From Eubacteriales bacterium (GTDB taxonomy: Bacteria; Bacillota; Clostridia; Oscillospirales; CAG-272), in NCBI GenBank assembly GCA_045532675.1, contig JAZSGJ010000101.1:1-55730 (forward strand): DNA of 55,730 bases, given 5' to 3'. This document shows positions 48,847-55,730 of this stretch, piece by piece. Under the pieces are notes generated by a model. It was not told where the DNA came from and made no database searches. It was given only the letters and a program-made list of their open reading frames with translations. Position 1 is the stretch's first letter. Each line of letters begins with the position of its first letter. The translations under genes and the position numbers were made by a program.

Positions 48847-49570
48847 ATTGGATTTTTTCGAGGGGTTGCGTATTTACCGATTTGAACGGGGGCGCTATTG
48901 CGCCTGTAGGTTTTACGTAATCAATAGCGTTTAAGATGATATTTCTGATTTCGGGAATTTTATAGGTAGGATTCGTTTCGTGACCCGGCTGGAAGAAAAA
49001 AACCTTTCCGTACGCACGGTTAAAGACGCATCCGGAGCGCATAACCTCGCCGCCTTGGAACCAACCTATAAACACAAGCTCATCCGGCTCGGGAATAGAG
49101 AAGGGCTCGCCGTACATTTCATCCTTGGGAATATCAACGTAAGGCTCTTTTAGTCCGCGCGCTATTGGGTGGGCAGGATTTATTGCCCACAACCTTTCGC
49201 GCTCGTTTATCTCACGCCAACGAAGGTCGGCGGGAGTTCCCAACATTCTCATAAATATTTTGCTCTTATGAGAGGAGTGAAGAGCTACGAGTCCCATTCC
49301 GCGAGTTATATAATCCTGCACGAGATTAACGACGGAATCCGACACGGTGGTGTGGTAATGATGTCCCCACCATATGAGGACGTCGGTATCCTTAAGGATT
49401 TCTTCGGTAAGAGCGGTGCCGTCATCCTCACTTGTGTGAACTATCATTCTGACGTCGTGCTTTTCAGAAATTAAATCGCGAAGGCACTCGTTCATTCCCT
49501 CGGGATATGCGCGTTTTCCCTCTTCCGATGCCATTAATTTATTAAATTCGGTGAATATTGTAACCTTCAT
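48845..49570 (-). CDS. ThuA domain-containing protein (trehalose-utilisation-like, class I glutamine amidotransferase-like fold)
   Basis: DVLIWWGHHYH...GMGLVALHSSHKSK is ThuA-typical. ATG 49570 follows GGTGA. Confidence 0.75.
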   Translation of the reverse strand: MKVTIFTEFNKLMASEEGKRAYPEGMNECLRDLISEKHDVRMIVHTSEDDGTALTEEILKDTDVLIWWGHHYHTTVSDSVVNLVQDYITRGMGLVALHSSHKSKIFMRMLGTPADLRWREINERERLWAINPAHPIARGLKEPYVDIPKDEMYGEPFSIPEPDELVFIGWFQGGEVMRSGCVFNRAYGKVFFFQPGHETNPTYKIPEIRNIILNAIDYVKPTGAIAPPFKSVNTQPLEKIQ

Positions 49571-49585
49571 TTTTACTATCACCTA

Positions 49586-50674
49586 TCAGTTAAAGTAATA
49601 AGGCTTACCCGTCTTTTCGGATTCGTAGATGCCCTCAAGGATTCTCGTTACGCACGCCGCCTGCTCTGCGGTAACGGTAAGGTTGCCTTTGCCGAGAATA
49701 GCGTTAGTGAAGCAGGCTGCCTCAAGGTCGTTGGGGTTATCGCCGTTTGCTACGTCAAAGAATGCAACGCCGCCTGCCTTGAAGTTGGGATTAAGAACGT
49801 ACTGTCTTCCGTTTTTGATACCGTTGATGCGAAGCTCACTCTGGTTTGGCATATCTGCGCCACCCTTGTCACCGCATATAAGGGTAACCGCTTCTTTCGC
49901 GTCAACGTAGTTGAGCGCCCAGCTTGAACGAAGATTGATTACAGCTCCGTTTTTCATAACCACAAATCCGAAGGCAGAGTCCTCAGCAGTGAAGGCTTCG
50001 GTGTCCCAGTCGCCCCATGCGTTTCCGGTATTTGTCTGCTTATTGAGCTTGTGGAAGGTCTTTCCAACGCAGAAAGCCGGCTCGTAGTTGTTCATAACGT
50101 AAAGGGTAAGGTCAAGCGCGTGAGTTCCTATATCGATAAGTGGACCGCCGCCCTGTTTTTCTTCGTTAATGAATACGCCCCATGTGGGAACGGCGCGGCA
50201 CCTTATTGCAGTTGCTTCGGCATAGTAAATCTCACCGAACTCATTTTCGTCGCAAAGGTCCTTAAGATACATTGAGTTTGCGCGGAATCTGTTCTGATAG
50301 CCTATAGTAAGAATTTTACCCGACTTGTCGCGAGCTTCTATCATTTTCTTAGCTTCTTCGTAATTCATTGCCATGGGCTTTTCGCAAAGAACGTTTTTGC
50401 CCGCATTAAGAGCGTCTACCGTAATTTTGCAGTGCTCGCTGTTGTGAGTAAGGACGAGGACTGCGTCTATGGTTTCGTCCTTGAGGAGCTCCTTATAGTT
50501 TTCGTAAACCTTTGAGTTTTCGTCACCGTATTTTGCTTTTGCGTTTTCCGCTCTTTCAATTACGATGTCGCAGAATGCGACAAGCTCCGCATCCTTGTTT
50601 GCGTTGTATGCGGGAAGATGCTTTCCGTTTGCTATTCCTCCGCATCCGATAACACCTAGTCTAACCTTTTTCAT
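49586..50674 (-). CDS. Gfo/Idh/MocA-family NAD(P)-dependent oxidoreductase
   Basis: Rossmann N-terminus VRLGVIGCGGIANGKH and the EKP motif (LCEKPMA); 362 aa. Confidence 0.88.
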   Translation of the reverse strand: MKKVRLGVIGCGGIANGKHLPAYNANKDAELVAFCDIVIERAENAKAKYGDENSKVYENYKELLKDETIDAVLVLTHNSEHCKITVDALNAGKNVLCEKPMAMNYEEAKKMIEARDKSGKILTIGYQNRFRANSMYLKDLCDENEFGEIYYAEATAIRCRAVPTWGVFINEEKQGGGPLIDIGTHALDLTLYVMNNYEPAFCVGKTFHKLNKQTNTGNAWGDWDTEAFTAEDSAFGFVVMKNGAVINLRSSWALNYVDAKEAVTLICGDKGGADMPNQSELRINGIKNGRQYVLNPNFKAGGVAFFDVANGDNPNDLEAACFTNAILGKGNLTVTAEQAACVTRILEGIYESEKTGKPYYFN

Positions 50675-50685
50675 AATCTGTCTCC

Positions 50686-51441
50686 TTATATGTTTTTATT
50701 GTATTTGTTTATATTTTCAACGCTTTTTCTGATGTAATCCTTGTAGTCGCAAGGATAGCACTCAACTTCAAGTATATAGGTGTTAACACCCGACTCGTAC
50801 GCCTTTCTGAATGCCGCTTCCGCGTCGCACTGTCCTTCACCGATTACCGCGTTCGGATATTCGCCGGGATTCCTATAATCAGCGCGGGAGTCCATATCCT
50901 TTATGTGAAGGGCTGTAAGACGCTTTCCGTATTTTTCTATAAGCTCGGTTGGCTTATGTCCTGCAGCAACCGCCCAGTATATGTCAAGCTCTGCTGAAAA
51001 GCCGTCGATATCACGCGTCATATCGTCAAGAAGGTCCATGCCCCCCTCAAACTCCTTTGCGTGATTGTGATAACCAAAGCGCACGCCGTGCGCGTCAAGC
51101 TCGGTTTTTACCTTTTTCACTTCTTCGATAAAGCTTTTATAGTTTTTGCCGGTCATTTTTTCAATTGGATGACCGGGAATATAAATCATAGAAATTCCAA
51201 GAGCGTCGATATAGGGAAGATTGTCTATGATATCGTCAAGTCTTATATGAGCTGCGAGCGGGCGAAGACCGTATTTTTCAAGCTTCGTCTTCATCTCATC
51301 GGGTGTGAGTCCGTAAAATCCCGCAAACTCAACCGTATTGCATCCCGCATCTCTAAGCGCCTCGAGAACTGTGTCAAGTCCGTATTCCTTTATCTCGTCT
51401 CTTACTGAATATAGCTGTATTCCAATGTTAATATCTTTCAT
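50686..51441 (-). CDS. Sugar phosphate isomerase/epimerase (xylose isomerase-like TIM barrel), 251 aa
   Basis: Typical layout: IGIQLYS...VEFAG...YHNH...LHIKD. Confidence 0.8.
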   Translation of the reverse strand: MKDINIGIQLYSVRDEIKEYGLDTVLEALRDAGCNTVEFAGFYGLTPDEMKTKLEKYGLRPLAAHIRLDDIIDNLPYIDALGISMIYIPGHPIEKMTGKNYKSFIEEVKKVKTELDAHGVRFGYHNHAKEFEGGMDLLDDMTRDIDGFSAELDIYWAVAAGHKPTELIEKYGKRLTALHIKDMDSRADYRNPGEYPNAVIGEGQCDAEAAFRKAYESGVNTYILEVECYPCDYKDYIRKSVENINKYNKNI

Positions 51442-51444
51442 TCT

Positions 51445-52410
51445 TTATATCCACCATGCCTCTCCGGGTTTTTCAACGATTATCTTATCTTTAAGGAACG
51501 CGATAGCTTTTTCGAGTCCTTCCTTTGGGGACATAAGACTGTCCTCATGCTCGATAGAAATAGTATCGTCGTAGCCGATAACCATAAGCTGTGAAAGAAT
51601 TTTCTTCCAGATTATATCGTCGTTGCCATAACCCATGGTTCTGAACACCCATGCTCTTCCATTAAGGTCTGTGTACGGCTTAGTATCAAGAACACCGTTC
51701 TTTCTTACGTTATGCGCGTTCATAAGGGTGTCTTTTGCGTGGAAATAATAAATAGCGTCACCGAGATAGTTTATAACCTCTACGATATCCATGCCCTGCC
51801 ATATAAGGTGAGAGGGGTCGAGGTTTGCACCTATAAGAGTGCCGACCGCGTCTCTTAAGCGCATAAGCGTTTCGGGATTGTAAACCATGAATCCTGGATG
51901 CATTTCAAGAGCTATTTTCTTAACTCCGTTTTGCTCGGCAAAATTAACTGCCTCGCGCCAGTAGGGGATAAGCACCTCTTTCCACTGGTAGTCAAGGACG
52001 TCGAGGTATTCGTTAGGCCATGCGCAAGTTACCCAAGAGGGCTGCTCTGCCTTAGGGTCGGAGCCGGGACAGCCCGAGAAGGTTATTATTCTGTCAACCC
52101 CTATCTGACCTGCGAGAACGCATGCCGCTTTGAAATCCTCCTCAAACTGAGCCGAGATTTCTTTATTCGGGTGAATCGGGTTTCCGTGAACCGAAAGCGC
52201 CGAAATGCCCATCCCATGCTTTTTGAATGTGGAAACAAGCTCATCGCGCTTCGCTTTATCCTTTGAGAGAATTTTCGCATCCGCGTGCTTGGTTCCGGGG
52301 TAACCGCCAACTCCAAGCTCAAATTCGGAAACGCCAAGGCTTTTAAGATACGCAAGACTTTCGTCAAGCGTCATAGCGCCGAGGGCGCCGCTTACAACAC
52401 TAAGTTTCAT
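51445..52410 (-). CDS. Sugar phosphate isomerase/epimerase (xylose isomerase-like TIM barrel), 321 aa
   Basis: Motifs FELGVGGYPG, ALEMHPG, HAKD and SIEHED are present. ATG 52410 follows GGAG. The longer track ORF would overlap the araC-side promoter. Confidence 0.8.
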   Translation of the reverse strand: MKLSVVSGALGAMTLDESLAYLKSLGVSEFELGVGGYPGTKHADAKILSKDKAKRDELVSTFKKHGMGISALSVHGNPIHPNKEISAQFEEDFKAACVLAGQIGVDRIITFSGCPGSDPKAEQPSWVTCAWPNEYLDVLDYQWKEVLIPYWREAVNFAEQNGVKKIALEMHPGFMVYNPETLMRLRDAVGTLIGANLDPSHLIWQGMDIVEVINYLGDAIYYFHAKDTLMNAHNVRKNGVLDTKPYTDLNGRAWVFRTMGYGNDDIIWKKILSQLMVIGYDDTISIEHEDSLMSPKEGLEKAIAFLKDKIIVEKPGEAWWI

Positions 52411-52442
52411 AATAATCTCCTTGTAATTTTTTGTTTTGACTA

Positions 52443-52471
52443 TTGACATTATATTCTTACAATGTTATAAT
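52443..52471 (+). promoter_or_regulatory. Candidate promoter of the AraC-family gene
   Basis: TTGACA (52443-52448), 17-nt spacer, TATAAT (52466-52471). Confidence 0.5.
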
Positions 52472-52475
52472 ATCA

Positions 52476-52529
52476 TCAAATATTGATAAATTCAATCACA
52501 AAACTGTACTATTTAATTTCAAATATTGA
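52476..52529. promoter_or_regulatory. Two copies of the 11-bp palindrome TCAAATATTGA (candidate operator pair)
   Basis: Exact copies lie at 52476-52486 and 52519-52529, 43 bp apart, in the divergent intergenic region. Confidence 0.4.
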
Positions 52530-52550
52530 CTTGTTAGGATTTACAGGATA

Positions 52551-53348
52551 ATGGAAAACATATTTTACGAATATAAACACGACAGAAGCCCCAAAATACA
52601 GGCGTTTAAAGGGCAAAGCACCAACGCCCCGCGTCATTTTCATAGAAATATAGAGGTTATATACGTAATAAGCGGCGAAATAGAAACGTCGGTTGGTGAT
52701 GAGTCGTTTACCGCAAAGGCAGACAATATTATTTTCGTTCATAATTATTATATTCATTCATACAAGCCCAAGTCTAAATATAAAAAGCTCGTGCTTATTA
52801 TTCCGTCAAATTATGGTAATGATATTGACAAGGTAATGAACGAATCGACATTGCCGCCTCTTCTTTCCGATGCGGAATATAACAGAAAGAATATACTCCC
52901 GCATTTTGAAAAGATTGTTGAGGAAAACGACACGCTTCCGCCGCTCGTTAAAAAAGGCTTTCTTAACGTCCTAATTGGACTTTTGTTTGCGCACTATCCG
53001 CCACTCCCGATAAAAACCCCGGGGAATATTGAATTTATGGTGGAGGTACTTCATTATATTGACGAGCATTATAAAGAGCCCTTAACGCTTGATTCAATAG
53101 CCGCTACTTTCGGCTATAATAAGTATTATTTTTCAAGAATATTCAATAAATACATCGGTGAAAACCTTGCAAATTATATTAATGTCGTCCGTGTACGAAA
53201 TTTTATGGACATTTCAAAGGGGTATAAAAAACCGCAGATAGCAAAGCTCGCGTTTGAATGCGGCTTTGATTCGCTTCCCACCTTTTACCGCTCGTTTATG
53301 AAGATTTACGGCGAAAGTCCAAAAGCGTCTTTTTCAAAGAAACAGTAA
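52551..53348 (+). CDS. AraC-family transcriptional regulator (cupin-like N-domain plus 2x HTH)
   Basis: The C-terminus LDSIAATFGYNKYYFSRIFNKYIGENL...GFDSLPTFYRSF is the AraC signature. Confidence 0.88.
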   Translation: MENIFYEYKHDRSPKIQAFKGQSTNAPRHFHRNIEVIYVISGEIETSVGDESFTAKADNIIFVHNYYIHSYKPKSKYKKLVLIIPSNYGNDIDKVMNESTLPPLLSDAEYNRKNILPHFEKIVEENDTLPPLVKKGFLNVLIGLLFAHYPPLPIKTPGNIEFMVEVLHYIDEHYKEPLTLDSIAATFGYNKYYFSRIFNKYIGENLANYINVVRVRNFMDISKGYKKPQIAKLAFECGFDSLPTFYRSFMKIYGESPKASFSKKQ

Positions 53349-53405
53349 TTATGTCCTTGTTGACATTTTCAATTCAATATGGTAAAATATTTTAAAGGAG
53401 ATTTT

Positions 53406-54293
53406 ATGGGATACGTAATTGAAACGAATAACCTTATAAAGACGTACGGCGCAAAGCGCGCGGTCGACAGAGTGTCCGTACATATAGGCAAGGGTGAAAT
53501 ATACGGACTTATCGGAAAAAACGGTGCCGGAAAAACAACTCTCATGAAGACGATTCTCGGCTTGACGTTTCAGGACGAAGGTGAAATCCGTCTTTTTGAT
53601 TCGGTTGAGCTTAACAAGCAGAGAGCGCGCATCGGAGCTTTGATAGAAAACCCCGGATTATATACTTCCGAGACGGCTTACGGAAATTTAAAGCTTTTCG
53701 GAATGCTTACGGGAAACTGTGATGAGGAAATTAATAATATTCTTAAGCTTGTCGGACTTGAAGGTGCGGGACGGAAGAAGGTAAAGGCATTTTCGCTCGG
53801 TATGAAGCAGCGGCTTGGAATTGCTATTGCGCTTCTGGGGAATCCCGAGCTTCTCGTTCTTGACGAGCCTGTTAACGGGCTTGACCCGTCAGGAATAAAG
53901 GAAGTAAGAGATTTACTTCTTGATCTTAATTCTAAGGGCGTTACCGTGTTTATTTCAAGCCATCTTATAGATGAGCTTGGAAAAATAGCGACAAAATTCG
54001 GTATTATGCGTGACGGCGCTCTCGTTGAAGAAATAACCAAGGATGAATTGCTTTCTGCATGCACGTCCTTTATTGAAATTACGGTTGACGATGCTGAGGC
54101 TGCAAGGCGTGTAATTGCCGAAAAGGTTAACGGTGCCGAGGTAAAGGTTGAAAACGGTGTTGTTCGCGTAGACGGAGACGAGATTAGTACCGCAGAGCTT
54201 AACAGGATGCTTGCAGCGGCTGATATATCCGTTTCCGAATTAAAGCACGAAAAGGTTTCATTTGAAGATTTCTTCATTCAAAGGATGGGCTGA
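53406..54293 (+). CDS. ABC transporter ATP-binding protein (ABC-2 exporter type)
   Basis: Walker A GKNGAGKTT, signature LSLGMKQRL and Walker B LLVLDEP. ATG 53406 follows AGGAGA. Confidence 0.9.
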   Translation: MGYVIETNNLIKTYGAKRAVDRVSVHIGKGEIYGLIGKNGAGKTTLMKTILGLTFQDEGEIRLFDSVELNKQRARIGALIENPGLYTSETAYGNLKLFGMLTGNCDEEINNILKLVGLEGAGRKKVKAFSLGMKQRLGIAIALLGNPELLVLDEPVNGLDPSGIKEVRDLLLDLNSKGVTVFISSHLIDELGKIATKFGIMRDGALVEEITKDELLSACTSFIEITVDDAEAARRVIAEKVNGAEVKVENGVVRVDGDEISTAELNRMLAAADISVSELKHEKVSFEDFFIQRMG

Positions 54294-54295
54294 AT

Positions 54296-55063
54296 ATGGG
54301 AAAACTCGTAAAATTTGAACTCTCAAAGCTTCCGAGGTCTTTGGGATTTATTATCTGTACCGCGATTATGGTATTTTTACTGTTTACTAACGTGCTTACC
54401 GTGTGGGGTATGGAGGCTCTCATGGGTGAGCTTGCCGAGGATATGGGAGAGCTTGGCGGTCTTTTGAAGTACGATATGATTATGTCGGTTTTACAGGCGG
54501 CGAACAACGCTTCGTTTCCTACTATCGCAGGTATAATTATAGCGATATCGGTCGGCTCCGATTTTTCGCACGGAACTATAAAAAATATTATATGCCGCGG
54601 ATATTCGCGCACAAAGGTTTATTTTGCAAAGCTCATTTCAATAACGGTAATGTCGGTGATTATGTATCTTGTGACGGTTCTTTTCGGTTGGCTTTTCGGT
54701 ATGGCGTTTTTCGGTTATTCGCTTCCTGCCGATAACTCGTGGATAGGAATACTTGCCGTTCAGTTCGTTTCGGCAATGGCAGTAGCGGCATTCTCATTCT
54801 TCATAGCATCGGTTTTCAGAAAAACAGCAATATCAATTCTCTGTATTATCATTGTTCCTACCGTGCTTCAGCTCGTTCTGACTTTGATTGACGTGTTTAT
54901 GGAAACGACGCTGAGCGATTATTGGATAACAGGTGTGTTCGTGCTTCTTTCCCAAAGCGGAGTGGAGATTGGAAGAATTATTCCGGCATTGATTGCCTCT
55001 CTCATTTACGTTGCCGCGTTCGTTGCCGGCGGCTGGGTTATCAGCAAAAAATATTCATACTAA
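54296..55063 (+). CDS. ABC-2 family transporter permease
   Basis: Six hydrophobic helices with a large first loop, located immediately after the ATPase gene. Confidence 0.75.
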   Translation: MGKLVKFELSKLPRSLGFIICTAIMVFLLFTNVLTVWGMEALMGELAEDMGELGGLLKYDMIMSVLQAANNASFPTIAGIIIAISVGSDFSHGTIKNIICRGYSRTKVYFAKLISITVMSVIMYLVTVLFGWLFGMAFFGYSLPADNSWIGILAVQFVSAMAVAAFSFFIASVFRKTAISILCIIIVPTVLQLVLTLIDVFMETTLSDYWITGVFVLLSQSGVEIGRIIPALIASLIYVAAFVAGGWVISKKYSY

Positions 55064-55084
55064 AAATGCGTATAAATAAAAAAG

Positions 55085-55131
55085 GGGCTGTCTCAAATGC
55101 AGTTTTAAGAGCGTTTGAGACAGCTCTTTTT
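55085..55131 (+). terminator. Rho-independent terminator
   Basis: GCTGTCTCAAA / TTTGAGACAGC with a 16-nt loop, followed by TCTTTTT. Confidence 0.6.
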
Positions 55132-55258
55132 CTATGCGATGAAGAAAAAAGGTGCAGAAAACAAAAAAGCCTCAAAACGAGGCAAAAAAAGCATGACGAA
55201 AAGAGGAACAGCAAAATCCACGTTTTTTGGAAGTTATACAATTCCGCGGAGAATTGGT

Positions 55259-55730
55259 TTAAGAGGCGTTCAGAGCGAACAAATCCAAGCCAATTCTTCC
55301 TTTTTTTGTGCGGTTGCAGAGTTTTTCAACGTTTAAAGCAAACGCAAGAAGAAAAAATTGTGTTTCTATATTCTTCTTTCCTCTCGTCAAAAAGCGTCTG
55401 AATCCGTAATCTTCTTTGAGTACACCAAATACACCTTCAACCTGAATAGATCTATTCATACACGGAAGTGTTCCTTCTTCGCTAGTCAATGCTTCAAGTG
55501 CTTTCGGTCTGTGTTCAAGTATTACCTTATTAACTTGAATCGTTCTGTACATATGCTTCATATATCCATACACGATGACTTCAAATATTGTGATTGGGTT
55601 CACTTCTCTCCAACTGCGAAGATACGTATTGAACAGTTCTGTATAGTCCAAACTCTCACAAATTTCCGCTACTTTGAATACAAAATCTCCTTCGGGAATA
55701 CAAATTCCTAAATTTAGTGGCAATACTACT
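55259..55730 (-). mobile_element. IS1182-family-like transposase with an internal deletion, running off the window end
   Basis: The N-terminal part is LNLGICIPEGDFVFKVAEICESLDYTELFNTYL...ITIFEVIVYGYM. It is joined directly to a C-terminal part NRSIQVEGVFGVLKEDYGFRRFLTRGKKNIETQFFLLAFALNVEKL. The DDE core between them is absent. Confidence 0.55.

Noticed and set aside
53678-54277. 199-aa ORF antisense to the ABC ATPase gene
   Set aside because: It is a Ser-rich shadow ORF inside a gene with clear Walker A, Walker B and signature motifs.
54922-55401. 159-aa + strand ORF spanning the end of the ABC permease gene, the terminator and the IS remnant
   Set aside because: It crosses a strong terminator hairpin and overlaps two better-supported features. 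Its composition is Lys/Arg-rich and low-complexity.

Overview
This 55.7-kb window looks like a chromosomal segment of a low-GC Firmicute. Gene content (spoVG, fhs, DUF4830, BspA-type LRR remnants, DUF177-rpmF) suggests a Clostridia / Oscillospiraceae-like anaerobe, but that taxonomy is inference only.

Most of the window is intact housekeeping:
- yceD-rpmF, fhs, rdgB, spoVG, murC
- mgtE behind a structured leader, and asnS
- pepT and a complete F-type ATP synthase operon (atpZ-I-B-E-F-H-A-G-D-C)
- a six-gene nucleoside salvage operon (tdk-deoC-deoD-deoB-cdd-pdp)
- topB and rpsB-tsf

The accessory content is:
- an orphan WYL regulator
- a translationally coupled two-component module with uncharacterised membrane partners
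- an AraC-linked ThuA / Gfo-Idh-MocA / 2x TIM-barrel operon
- an ABC-2 exporter pair
- two unannotated small ORFs

I saw no rRNA, tRNA or CRISPR array, and no recognisable defence system.

The window carries about a dozen decayed gene remnants: HAD, LysR, XRE, cls, an IS3-like end, BspA-LRR, a DUF4143 ATPase, GH88, histidine phosphatase, IS200 tnpA, an IS1182-like transposase and a possible metallophosphoesterase fragment. All core genes around them stay intact.

The best novelty candidates are:
1. The RR / intramembrane-type HK / polytopic membrane protein / 2-TM protein unit at 15.8-19.9 kb.
2. The candidate 3-keto-glycoside operon at 48.8-53.3 kb.
3. A predicted Na+-type two-carboxylate c-ring.
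4. A pair of unusually long perfect hairpins with matching apical architecture.
5. Structured leaders upstream of mgtE and rpsB.

All family assignments come from reading motifs by eye. No database search was run.
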